From Saprospiraceae bacterium (lineage in GTDB: Bacteria; Bacteroidota; Bacteroidia; Chitinophagales; Saprospiraceae), in contig JAYUUR010000112.1 of assembly GCA_043754475.1 (NCBI GenBank), positions 1 through 56,361 of the forward strand: a stretch of 56,361 bases of DNA, in the 5' to 3' direction. A model generated the notes under the pieces. That model was not told the origin of the DNA, made no database searches, and worked only from the letters and a program-made list of their open reading frames with translations. Made by a program: the position numbers and the translations under genes. Below are positions 28,716 to 37,780 of the stretch, piece after piece (position 1 is the first letter of the stretch; every line of letters starts with the position of its first letter).

Positions 28716-30134
28716 ATGTCCAAATTTACATTAATCACTCTATTTGTATTGACAACAATACAAATACTCAGCGCACAAAAAATCACCATATTTTTTGATA
28801 ACTCGCTGTCATCTACCCCCTCAGTATCAAAAGCCCCTTTGAAGTATAATAAAGATTTTGCTTATAGTTTAACCTTCGATGATGCTACGTCGGACGCTTT
28901 CACACACGCCATGCCGCTCCTGCGCGGCGGCACGTTGAAGGAATTCGACACGCCTTTTAGGGGTTTGTTTTTTACAGACGGTTGCGGCAATGATGTGCCA
29001 TTTAGGGCTGGTATCGCATGGAATTCCGTCGCTTTCAACGGCAATGACACCCATAATGGCGATGTTCAAGGTAGCTTGACATGGCGGCAACTTGACTCGC
29101 TTTATGATTATGGATGGGATATACTTAACCATAGTTACTCCCATAAATCGGTTTTTACGAACCAAATGACTACACTGGATTATGTGAATGAAGTCATTAA
29201 AAACCAAGCAGCCGTTCGTGAAAAAACGGCAAAACATATAGAAATGCCCATCTTTGTAGTGCCTTCTGGCGATGTAGCTTATCAAGACATTGCTTTGCAA
29301 TTAGGCAGTAAAGTGGTTTTTGACCAATCGGGCAACAACCTCATTGGCTTTGGTGGGTTACAAATAGACGCCGATTTGAATTTGAATGGGTTGCGCATTC
29401 ACCGGCAGAAAATAGAAGAAAGCTCGACGCTCAATCAGTTAGAAAATGTAGTGAATAGAAGTCAGAATGGCGGTCATTATTGGTATAATGAGTTTGCACA
29501 CCGCATTGACAATTTCAATCCCTATGGTTTCAATTATTATTCTTTCAAAAATCAAATGCAAAAAATAGCGGATAATTGGGGAAAAAATGGTTCCGACCGC
29601 GTTTTGATGGCGCCTTTGCAAGAGGTTTTTGAATATTTGGTCTTGAGACAAACAGTCAAAATGACGACTGCTATAATGGGTCAAAAGATGGATATTACCT
29701 TCGACCTTTCGCAAGTGCCGACTTGGTTACGCCGTAAAACCTTGACTTTAGTTGTCAATTCCAACTCAACTTTTAGCCGCGTAGATGTACCCAATAATAT
29801 TGAAAAAACATTCAAAGGCATTGGTAATCAAAAAATTATAAATGTAGATTTTTCACAATACCTCAATTCCACGCCTACACAGGACTTGGCTACCCCCTCA
29901 GTATTTCGCGTATTTCCCAACCCGGCAGGCGATTTTTTAAACATCGAATTGCTCAATGATGCACCTGAACCGGCTGAGTTGACCATCAGCGAAATGAGTG
30001 GGAAAGTATATTTCATGCATCGTTTACCTTCAAAAAAATACCAACAGAATATTCAATCATTGCCAAAAGGCATGTATATTTTAAGCATTAAACAAGGCAC
30101 TCAAATATCATCTACAAAATTTTATAAAAATTGA
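28716..30134 (+). CDS. Secreted polysaccharide deacetylase (NodB-homology) with T9SS C-terminal sorting domain
   Basis: 472-aa ORF with a signal peptide, the FAYSLTFDDATSD NodB-type motif, and a C-terminal VFPNPAGDFLNIEL...GMYILSIKQG...KFYKN type-A T9SS sorting domain. Confidence 0.7.
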   Translation: MSKFTLITLFVLTTIQILSAQKITIFFDNSLSSTPSVSKAPLKYNKDFAYSLTFDDATSDAFTHAMPLLRGGTLKEFDTPFRGLFFTDGCGNDVPFRAGIAWNSVAFNGNDTHNGDVQGSLTWRQLDSLYDYGWDILNHSYSHKSVFTNQMTTLDYVNEVIKNQAAVREKTAKHIEMPIFVVPSGDVAYQDIALQLGSKVVFDQSGNNLIGFGGLQIDADLNLNGLRIHRQKIEESSTLNQLENVVNRSQNGGHYWYNEFAHRIDNFNPYGFNYYSFKNQMQKIADNWGKNGSDRVLMAPLQEVFEYLVLRQTVKMTTAIMGQKMDITFDLSQVPTWLRRKTLTLVVNSNSTFSRVDVPNNIEKTFKGIGNQKIINVDFSQYLNSTPTQDLATPSVFRVFPNPAGDFLNIELLNDAPEPAELTISEMSGKVYFMHRLPSKKYQQNIQSLPKGMYILSIKQGTQISSTKFYKN

Positions 30135-31627
30135 AAATAGGCATTATTGGAGCTGGTATAGCAGGATTGGCTACGGCAGTCAGATTGGCGAGCAAAGGGC
30201 ATGAAGTGCATGTTTTTGAAGCCAATAATTATGCAGGCGGCAAATTGTCCGAATTTACATTGTATGCGAATGGTTCAGATGACATTCAACGCGCATACAG
30301 ATTCGATGCAGGACCTTCACTTTTCACCATGCCAATGTATGTGGAAGAACTTTTTAAAGAAGCCAATGTGCCCATAAAAGATTATTTCAGTTATGATAAA
30401 ATAGATGTCGTCTGTCAATATTTTTGGGAAGATGGCACTCAATTGACAGCTTGGTCAGATGAACAAAAACTGGCGCAAGAGATTCAAAATCAATTAGTTA
30501 TAAAACCAGAAGTAATAGAAAAAGCCCTTGCATCGGCTAAAAGAAAATATGAAACGGCAGGGCGCATTTTCCTTGAAAAAAGCCTCCATAAAGTGTCCAC
30601 TTGGACAACTTTACCTGTAGCCAAAGCTTTACTACTTATGCCCGGTTTCGATATTTTTAAAACGATGAACGCTACGCATGAGCAATTTACATCTCATCCT
30701 AAACTTATTCAATTCCTTAACCGCTTTGCCACTTACAACGGCTCAAATCCCTACAAAGCATCGGGTATGTTGAGCATGATTCCGCATTTTGAGCATGGCA
30801 TCGGCGCATTTTATCCGCGCGGAGGCATGTATGAAATCACAAAATCCATTTATAAATTAGCTCAATTAAAGGGTGTACATTTTTATTTTAATCAAAAAAT
30901 AGAGTCTATAAAAGTAGAAAATAATGCTGCAAAAGGCTTAAATACTGAGGGGGGATACTTCGATTTTGACACCATCATTTCCAATATGGATGTATATTTT
31001 ACTTACAAACAACTCTTACCTCATGAAAAACACCCTGAAAAAACCTTAAATCAAGAACGCTCCACGTCAGCTCTCATTTTTTATTGGGGCATCAAAAAGT
31101 CATTTAATCATTTGCATTTACACAATATCTTTTTTTCAAATGACTATAAAAATGAGTTTGATTATTTAGCAAAAGGCGAAGTTGGCGACGACCCCACGGT
31201 GTATGTCAATATATCTTCAAAGCAAACGCCGAGCGATGCGCCCGAAGGTTGTGAAAATTGGTTTGTGATGGTGAACGTGCCACATAATTTAGGGCAAAAT
31301 TGGGATGAAGTAATTAAAAGAACGCGTGGCAATATTATTAAAAAATTATCTAAAATATTATCTAAAATATTAAACGTTGATTTGCAATCACTTATAGAAG
31401 TAGAAGATATTTTATACCCCCTCAGTATAGAAAGTAAAACAGCGTCTTTTGGCGGTGCATTGTACGGTACAAGCAGCAATTCGATGATGTCAGCATTTTT
31501 AAGGCATAAAAATTTTTCGTCAGATATTAAGAATTTGTACTTCTGTGGTGGGTCGGTACATCCCGGCGGCGGCATTCCGTTGTGTTTATTGTCGGCTAAA
31601 ATTGTTTCGGAGTTGATTGAGAAGTAA
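30131..31627 (+). CDS. Phytoene desaturase family enzyme (CrtI/CrtD-type carotenoid desaturase)
   Basis: 498-aa ORF with the N-terminal KIGIIGAGIAGLATAVRLA FAD fold and a C-terminal ...GGSVHPGGGIPLCLLSAK block typical of CrtI-family enzymes. Its TTG start overlaps the upstream stop by 4 nt (TTGA). Confidence 0.75.
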   Translation: MKIGIIGAGIAGLATAVRLASKGHEVHVFEANNYAGGKLSEFTLYANGSDDIQRAYRFDAGPSLFTMPMYVEELFKEANVPIKDYFSYDKIDVVCQYFWEDGTQLTAWSDEQKLAQEIQNQLVIKPEVIEKALASAKRKYETAGRIFLEKSLHKVSTWTTLPVAKALLLMPGFDIFKTMNATHEQFTSHPKLIQFLNRFATYNGSNPYKASGMLSMIPHFEHGIGAFYPRGGMYEITKSIYKLAQLKGVHFYFNQKIESIKVENNAAKGLNTEGGYFDFDTIISNMDVYFTYKQLLPHEKHPEKTLNQERSTSALIFYWGIKKSFNHLHLHNIFFSNDYKNEFDYLAKGEVGDDPTVYVNISSKQTPSDAPEGCENWFVMVNVPHNLGQNWDEVIKRTRGNIIKKLSKILSKILNVDLQSLIEVEDILYPLSIESKTASFGGALYGTSSNSMMSAFLRHKNFSSDIKNLYFCGGSVHPGGGIPLCLLSAKIVSELIEK

Positions 31628-31628
31628 G

Positions 31629-31697
31629 AGAATTAGGAGTTGGGAATTAGGAATTAGGAGTTGACAATTAGGAATTTGGAATTTGGAATTTGGAAAA
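31629..31697. repeat. Degenerate 7-8 nt periodic low-complexity tract (GAATTWGG units)
   Basis: gaattaggagttgggaattaggaattaggagttgacaattaggaatttggaatttggaatttggaaaatag, located between two convergent genes. Confidence 0.85.
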
Positions 31698-31708
31698 TAG
31701 GGCGGGTT

Positions 31709-33100
31709 TTAATTGACACTTAGTTTTGGGAAAGTAAAATAGAAAGTAGTGCCTACCCCCTCAGTACTATTGAGCCAAATTTTACCACCGGCACCGGCAA
31801 CAATTTTTTTGCAAGTAGCCAATCCAATGCCACTACCTTCAAATTCGTTGCGCGAATGGAGGCGTTCAAAAATGGCAAAAACTTTCTCATGAAATTCCTT
31901 TTTGATTCCGATGCCATTGTCATCGAGGCTGATAAGATAATTATCGCCTTCATCAGATGCCGTAATTTTGATTTCAGGTATCACATCTGCTTTACGGAAT
32001 TTGATAGCATTGGCAATCAAATTTTGAAATAATTGAATCATCTCAGTAGTAGAACCTTCGATAGTAGGCAATTCGTTAATAACAATAGTAGCATGTGTAT
32101 CCTTCATAGTAGCAACAAGATTGCTGATAACAACGAATAATACTGCATTCAAATCAATTTCCTTATTATCTTCCTGTTTTTTACCAGTCCGCGAATATTG
32201 AAGCAAATCATCGAGCAAACGTTGCATTCTATCCACGCCATCGGTCACATAGGTCATATATTCAATGGTTGGTTTATCTTGTAAAGTAACCATTCTCTTT
32301 TTGGATAAGCCTGTGTACATGCCAATCATTCGGAGCGGCTCTTTGAGGTCGTGAGAAGCGGCAGAAGCGAAATTTTCAAGCTCGCCATTTTTATGAATGA
32401 GTTTCGTTTGGGTGACTTCGAGTTCGGCGTTTTTTTCTAATATTTCAATTTTTTGAAGTTCTAAAAGGTTTTTTTGCTCTTCAAGGATTTCTTTCTGATT
32501 CTCAAGAATTATCTTTTGTTGTTGGAGCATTTTGATAATTAAATCTTGCCCTTTTTCGAAGATGACGACAATTCCAAAAATAAATAAAAAGAGGAAAGAA
32601 TAACTTGTATAGTAATATGTAATATCAACCTCTGTGTTGAAAATTTGAGCATGACTTGATGTATTATCATAAAAATAAAGATAAGACGAGAATAAAAGTA
32701 AGGAGCAAAACCAAAAAAAACCTGATTTTTTATTTCCAAAAAGTAAAGCAATGAGAGGTGAAATAAACATCCATAATAGGTTATCAGAAAGTAAACCTCC
32801 CGTTTCTTGGACACTGGGTAATAAAGTGATAAAACAAATTAAGACTAAAAAATTACTAGAAACAACAAGGCTTCCGAATTTTTTCAAACTAAACAAAATA
32901 AAGAAGAAAAATATTATAGGTATAAATAGATTTGGAGCGTTGTTTAAACCCAACATTCTAATACAAAGTTCTATAGCTATCGTAGAGATAGCAAGGAATA
33001 GTATGAGTCCGACAAACACATACGCTCTATAGTAAATATAAGATTCTTTTTTTAGATTATCGTGTATAAAATACTTTATTGTTCGCTTTAGATGAGTCAT
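31709..33100 (-). CDS. Sensor histidine kinase (multi-TM N-terminus, coiled coil, HisKA + HATPase_c)
   Basis: 463-aa ORF with the H-box SHDLKEPLR, N-box ...LIANAIKF, and G-boxes DNGIGI and GSGIGLA. No response regulator is adjacent. Confidence 0.8.
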   Translation of the reverse strand: MTHLKRTIKYFIHDNLKKESYIYYRAYVFVGLILFLAISTIAIELCIRMLGLNNAPNLFIPIIFFFFILFSLKKFGSLVVSSNFLVLICFITLLPSVQETGGLLSDNLLWMFISPLIALLFGNKKSGFFWFCSLLLFSSYLYFYDNTSSHAQIFNTEVDITYYYTSYSFLFLFIFGIVVIFEKGQDLIIKMLQQQKIILENQKEILEEQKNLLELQKIEILEKNAELEVTQTKLIHKNGELENFASAASHDLKEPLRMIGMYTGLSKKRMVTLQDKPTIEYMTYVTDGVDRMQRLLDDLLQYSRTGKKQEDNKEIDLNAVLFVVISNLVATMKDTHATIVINELPTIEGSTTEMIQLFQNLIANAIKFRKADVIPEIKITASDEGDNYLISLDDNGIGIKKEFHEKVFAIFERLHSRNEFEGSGIGLATCKKIVAGAGGKIWLNSTEGVGTTFYFTFPKLSVN

Positions 33101-33381
33101 GATAATACTATATATTAGGTATAAAAAATCATAGTTAATAAAATATTCTTACAGAATATAGTCAACAATTTTTTTATTAATTATTTCAAATTAATAAAAT
33201 ATTAAATCAAATTTTATACCATAAAATAATATTCAATATACAGTACTTAAACATTCATAATTAACAAAAAAAATAGAATATTACTTGAATTTGAGACATT
33301 TTAAATACCTATTAGGAATGAAAAGTCTTTCAATCAAGCAATATTCTATATTAAAAAATTAAAACAATATTTAATTTATGG

Positions 33382-34647
33382 TCAAACAGACATTTGCAAT
33401 GTAAATACATCTTGAATGCTTTTCATATCTATAATGTTCTTACTTTCTAAAAATGTAGAAATATCTTTAATAATATTCAACATTTCGTAAATATCCTCCA
33501 TCGTATGGTGATTTGTAAGTATCGCTCTCATTCCAGTGTTTTTGTATGGTACTGCAGGATAAACAGCTAAATTAAGAAGATAACCTTTGTTATACATTGA
33601 CTGCATCACTTCATATCCAGCCTCTGGCTTTCCTACAGGTATGAAAAAAATTGGTGTATTTTCTTGGTTAATTAATGGAATCTTCAATCCTTGTGCTGTC
33701 AAGTTAAAATAGCTGATGCGTTGCCTCAAACTTGCTTGTAATTCATAAATTTCATCTGAAAGATGTATTTTAGCAGACGCAATACATGCAGCAATATTAG
33801 AAGGAGGCATAGGGCTTGCAAACATTAAAGAACTACCACAGTTTCTGACCACCTCTTTCGTTGCCTCATTTGGATATATTAAAGCACCTCCATGAACACC
33901 AAAACCTTTTACAAGTGATACGGCTAAAAGCATTTGATCATGAAATGCTGGAAAATGATTTAAAGCAAAACCATGACCATGTTCGCCCGACCAACTCATA
34001 CCGTGTGCATCGTCAATATAGCACCAAAATTGTTCATACTTATTCATTAATTCATATAATTCTGAAAATGGTGCACTATCTCCATACATTGAATAAACCC
34101 CATCTGCCATATACCAAATTCTATCATGGGTTTCTTTAAGTTTTTCTATACGGCTTTCTAATATGTCCATTCTATTATGTCTAATGGTTTCAACATGTAC
34201 GCCGTTTGCTTTTACCATTAAAACCGCATTTTTAATACTAGCGTGAACTTGATGGTCAAGAATGATAGCATCATTTGAATTTATCAAAGTAGTCATATTA
34301 GCTATATGACCAATTGATGTAGTTGGTGCTACTAATGTGGGTTTTCCAAAAATTTGACTTAAAAGTGTTTCTAATTCATCCAAAATACCTAATGAAGAAT
34401 AAGATCTTGAACAGGCGTATTGTAAACCATACCTATTGATAGCATCAATTGCCGCTTCTTTTATACGAGCATCATGCTCCAATCCAAGATAGCTGCAATT
34501 GCCAAAATAAGTAAGCTTTTTGTCTCCTACTTCTACAATTCTTCCATTTGTTCTTTTATTTGTAGCTTTGACTTGTAGGAGTCCTTGTTTAACTCCACGG
34601 TTAATAATCTGGTTGACAAGTTCAACCCGAGGTGATAAATTTTTCAT
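33382..34647 (-). CDS. Alpha-oxoamine synthase family PLP enzyme (AONS/KBL/serine palmitoyltransferase-like)
   Basis: 421-aa ORF with the DDAHG block (YIDDAHGMS) and the PLP-lysine block SLVKGFG, typical of the class-II aminotransferase / alpha-oxoamine synthase family. Confidence 0.7.
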   Translation of the reverse strand: MKNLSPRVELVNQIINRGVKQGLLQVKATNKRTNGRIVEVGDKKLTYFGNCSYLGLEHDARIKEAAIDAINRYGLQYACSRSYSSLGILDELETLLSQIFGKPTLVAPTTSIGHIANMTTLINSNDAIILDHQVHASIKNAVLMVKANGVHVETIRHNRMDILESRIEKLKETHDRIWYMADGVYSMYGDSAPFSELYELMNKYEQFWCYIDDAHGMSWSGEHGHGFALNHFPAFHDQMLLAVSLVKGFGVHGGALIYPNEATKEVVRNCGSSLMFASPMPPSNIAACIASAKIHLSDEIYELQASLRQRISYFNLTAQGLKIPLINQENTPIFFIPVGKPEAGYEVMQSMYNKGYLLNLAVYPAVPYKNTGMRAILTNHHTMEDIYEMLNIIKDISTFLESKNIIDMKSIQDVFTLQMSV

Positions 34648-34840
34648 GCTTTACTGTGTCTGTTAAAGTGTTAGAGAATAATTTTGCTTATAATATGTTT
34701 TATTAAATTATCTACAATTTTAGAACAAGGGAATTTCATAAAAAACGCTATGTGGTAGGGGTTTGTGTTTTACATGTTGCCGTTCTTTCTGTATCGCTTT
34801 CAAAAATAATTTTTTCTTTTGAAAATGAACATAAATTTTT

Positions 34841-34859
34841 AAAAAAAAAAAAAAAAAAA
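34841..34859. repeat. Homopolymer A19 (T19 on the minus strand)
   Basis: 19 consecutive A preceded by T5. It lies about 195 nt upstream of the AOS-family gene start. Confidence 0.95.
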
Positions 34860-34978
34860 TGATGGGCATGGCTAAATCGCCTGTAAACACCTCATAAAAT
34901 GGCGTTTTACCATTGATCTCAAACTATGTCTTTCTTTTTCTCAAAAATGCTCATATCAGCAGTGTGAAAAATGCCATT

Positions 34979-34988
34979 TACTGAGGGG
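34979..34988 (+). repeat. Intergenic copy of the iterated word (TACTGAGGGG)
   Basis: Exact 10-mer immediately 5' of the terminator hairpin. Confidence 0.95.
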
Positions 34989-34991
34989 GTA

Positions 34992-35025
34992 AAAAAAACG
35001 AGTGTAGAAAAATACACTCGTTTTT
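34992..35025. terminator. Bidirectional terminator hairpin 3' of the beta-barrel gene
   Basis: Stem aacgagtgta / tacactcgtt (34997-35006 / 35013-35022), extended by flanking A8 and T5 runs. Confidence 0.75.
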
Positions 35026-35061
35026 ATTTGAGAAAAATTTGAGTAATTATAATTATTTTCT

Positions 35062-35967
35062 CTAATCTTTTTTACCTCCCCACAAAGTAAATACGCGTGA
35101 CACATTGAAGCCAAAACGAACCGCATTTTTGCCCCAATTATTTTCCGTCTGAGTAATAAATCCATACTCTGACATGGAGGTAGAATTGGTAAAATGCAAT
35201 TGAAAAACGTGCCCGCCTGTTTCAATATCCAAACCCACCGACAGCGAATTTTTAAAATTAGGCGCTAACTGATTGGGCAACACATATACATATTCCGCAT
35301 TGAACGTCATCCGTCGGGTCAAACGGACTCGCCCGCCGATACCCAATGCAAAGACATCATTTTTTTCATCCGTCGTTTTCACCAAATTGCGGTGAACATA
35401 AGAAGGGGCTAATTCTAAGGTTATATAATCGTTTAGTTTGCTACCAATCAGCAATTGAGACGTGTAAAATAAGCGCGAAGAGAAATAATTTTCTCTCGTC
35501 GGGTCATCGGGTTTTTGAGTTTCAACTGCCGTTCCTAATATAATTGCTACTGAAATGGGCATATTGCGTTTACCTGTACTTTGTCTTAAAAATTTATACT
35601 TAACAAAGCCATCATAGGCTTTTCTGACACTGTTTCTATTCACCCCAACACTCAATTGGTCAGTAAGACCAAAATCAAATCCAATGCGTATCGTCGCTTG
35701 GTCAATACCAAAGAGGTTATATATGCCCTCATCAATAGTGGCAAAGCGATGGGAGATTTTGAAATCCATCACCCCCGCTGCCGTATTTTCTAATGAATGC
35801 AGATTGATAATTCTATTGGTTTTGAAACTATACTTAGTATAATTGATTTCATCATCGCTTTCAATAAGCGACAATAAGCTGCTCGCTGTATCTTTCTGAG
35901 GCTTTTGAGCCACGCTTTTAAATGCCCAAATACTGAGGGGTATCAAAACAAGTAATATTTTTTTCAT
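35062..35967 (-). CDS. Predicted outer-membrane beta-barrel protein (resembles DUF5777-type)
   Basis: 301-aa ORF with a signal peptide (…SIWAFKSVAQ), alternating beta pattern and an HRF motif early in the barrel. The family call is from memory only. Confidence 0.5.
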   Translation of the reverse strand: MKKILLVLIPLSIWAFKSVAQKPQKDTASSLLSLIESDDEINYTKYSFKTNRIINLHSLENTAAGVMDFKISHRFATIDEGIYNLFGIDQATIRIGFDFGLTDQLSVGVNRNSVRKAYDGFVKYKFLRQSTGKRNMPISVAIILGTAVETQKPDDPTRENYFSSRLFYTSQLLIGSKLNDYITLELAPSYVHRNLVKTTDEKNDVFALGIGGRVRLTRRMTFNAEYVYVLPNQLAPNFKNSLSVGLDIETGGHVFQLHFTNSTSMSEYGFITQTENNWGKNAVRFGFNVSRVFTLWGGKKD

Positions 35968-36018
35968 AATTATAATCCTTTGAAAATGAAGTAATTAAAT
36001 TAATATTTTTAAAACAAA

Positions 36019-36057
36019 CAAGGCTTCTTAAAAATTACCCATTTTTAAGAAGCCTTG
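36019..36057 (-). terminator. Rho-independent terminator after the yceI-like gene
   Basis: Perfect 16-bp stem caaggcttcttaaaaa / tttttaagaagccttg with a 7-nt loop, followed on the minus strand by a T-rich run. Confidence 0.8.
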
Positions 36058-36075
36058 AATTTCCAAAAAATTGGC

Positions 36076-36642
36076 TTATTTCGCTTTAGCAGCCACCATT
36101 GCTTGCAACGGCAAATCAATACTGATTCTCGCTTCTTTAGCTATTTTATCTTTCACTGCCCCTGGAATCGCAATATTGTAATCAGCCACTTTGATAGTAA
36201 AAGCTGATTTTGCTGCCGTCACCAAGCCACCTTTTACAGTCAAATTGGCATCAGTTTCTATATCTTTCGTAACGCCATGCATCGTCAATTTGCCTTTCAC
36301 TTTTACAGGATAAGTACCGTCTTTTTTCAAATTGACACTACTAAAATTCGTAATATCCCCTACAAATTTAGCATCAGCATATTTACCAGATTCCATGTAG
36401 TTTTCATTAAAATGCTCTTCCATCAAGGCTTTTTCAAAATGGAGTGATTTGACAAGCAACTGCACCTCTATTTTACCCGAAGCCAAATCAATAACACCTA
36501 CAGATTTGTTGGTCACGCCTTCTATGGGTTCAAGCGGTGAAGAAGCATTGAAAGAGACTTTGCCAGTTTTTGTAAAAACCTTTTGAGCATTCATGTTTAC
36601 CAATAAAAACATAGCTATTGCACTTAAAATTACCTTTTTCAT
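36076..36642 (-). CDS. YceI family periplasmic (polyisoprenoid-binding-like) protein
   Basis: 188-aa ORF with a signal peptide, then ...GKVSFNASSPLEPIEGV...LTMHGVTKDI..., the YceI-like lipocalin pattern. Confidence 0.7.
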   Translation of the reverse strand: MKKVILSAIAMFLLVNMNAQKVFTKTGKVSFNASSPLEPIEGVTNKSVGVIDLASGKIEVQLLVKSLHFEKALMEEHFNENYMESGKYADAKFVGDITNFSSVNLKKDGTYPVKVKGKLTMHGVTKDIETDANLTVKGGLVTAAKSAFTIKVADYNIAIPGAVKDKIAKEARISIDLPLQAMVAAKAK

Positions 36643-36763
36643 AATGAATTCAATTTAATTTTTAAAAAATGATGTTTCAACTCTTTTTCTATTAATATTC
36701 TAATCAGACGTTGAAAATCGGTTTCTGACAATAAGATTCGGGTGATTTAATATAAGTTTAACT

Positions 36764-37153
36764 TTATTTCAACACTATACAACGTGTCATCACTACATCA
36801 GCCAATTTGCCGTCGCATTGCCCTTTGATGGTCACCTCATCGCCTGCTTTTACTGAGGGGGTCATTGCGCCTTTTTCTAATTCACAACTTATAGAAACCA
36901 TCGGGTCTTCTGTTTCGAGCGTTACATTAGTCGTTTCATTTTCAGTTTCCACTGAAGCTACCTTACCTTTTACAGATAAAACTTTTCCAGCATGTTTGTC
37001 TTTATCAAATTGACTACCCAATTCATTGGCATCCATCGTTAGCATAGCATCGCGAGAAGCCATGCTCGGCGTTTTTTTATTCCACATATAATAGCCATAA
37101 CTACCGCCTAAAACAGCCATCACAAGACCGATTAAAAGAATTTTTCGTAACAT
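36764..37153 (-). CDS. Membrane-anchored OB-fold protein (tRNA_anti-like family)
   Basis: Likely start is the ATG at 37153 (MLRKILLIGLVMAVLGG..., a TM anchor). The C-terminal ...GKVLSVKGKVASVE...ISCEL...GDEVTIKGQCDG...VVMTRC pattern fits the tRNA_anti-like OB-fold family. Confidence 0.5.
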   Translation of the reverse strand: MLRKILLIGLVMAVLGGSYGYYMWNKKTPSMASRDAMLTMDANELGSQFDKDKHAGKVLSVKGKVASVETENETTNVTLETEDPMVSISCELEKGAMTPSVKAGDEVTIKGQCDGKLADVVMTRCIVLK

Positions 37154-37203
37154 TCTATATTTTTTAAATCTATTGTCTAAATATCTAATTTCTAAATTCT
37201 CAC

Positions 37204-37213
37204 TACTGAGGGG
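37204..37213 (+). repeat. Intergenic copy of the iterated word (TACTGAGGGG)
   Basis: Exact 10-mer in the 62-nt gap between two cluster genes. Confidence 0.9.
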
Positions 37214-37215
37214 TA

Positions 37216-37620
37216 TCAATTATTTAACAAACCCGCATTCACCCACAGTTGAAGTTTTGTAATATCACATTCGGCTAATTTAGAGCCTCCTTGCGGCATA
37301 CGCGAAAAGCCAGCAGAATGCTTGATAGAACCAAAAAATGCAGTCGAATTTCGACTTATATAATTTTTGATATTGGTATAGCCATCTAAATTCACGCCGG
37401 CAGAGGCTGAAATAGTATTATGACAACCAGAAGTAGCACATTTAGAAGCCATCAAAGGTGACACGAATGTTGAAAATTTAGCAGTGGATGAATCGCAAGT
37501 GGTCGTACTCTTAGTAGGATAAAGTTCCGATTCTACATTGTATTTACAACTTTGAGCAGACAAAATAATGAAAAAAGCTAATACAATCGTGAGAATATAA
37601 TACTGTTTTTTCAAGCGCAT
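37216..37620 (-). CDS. Lipoprotein with cytochrome-c-like (PSCyt1-like) domain, atypical CX4CH
   Basis: Likely start is the ATG at 37620 (MRLKKQYYILTIVLAFFIILSAQSC, a lipobox). It contains KCATSGCHN ... MPQGG ... LQLWVNAG. This resembles the heme-binding domains that carry CxxCH...MP...WI..GA, but with four residues between the cysteines. Confidence 0.45.
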   Translation of the reverse strand: MRLKKQYYILTIVLAFFIILSAQSCKYNVESELYPTKSTTTCDSSTAKFSTFVSPLMASKCATSGCHNTISASAGVNLDGYTNIKNYISRNSTAFFGSIKHSAGFSRMPQGGSKLAECDITKLQLWVNAGLLNN

Positions 37621-37780
37621 AATAATGGTAATTTTGTTAATAAAGATTTGATATAAATATTCAATTTTCACATCGGTTAGAAAAATCATTTGACTATCAA
37701 TAATCATTACGGCTTATTTAAATCATTGGTTGCCCCCTCTCAGTATTTGATTGAAGATTGCTACTTTAAAAAGCATTCCT

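Noticed and set aside
33101-33381. AT-rich 280-nt intergenic region at the orientation-switch zone, considered as a dif/terminus or origin-like site.
   Set aside because: I could not find a convincing XerC/D-type dif-like palindrome or DnaA-box cluster by eye. The gene-direction convergence is only local evidence.
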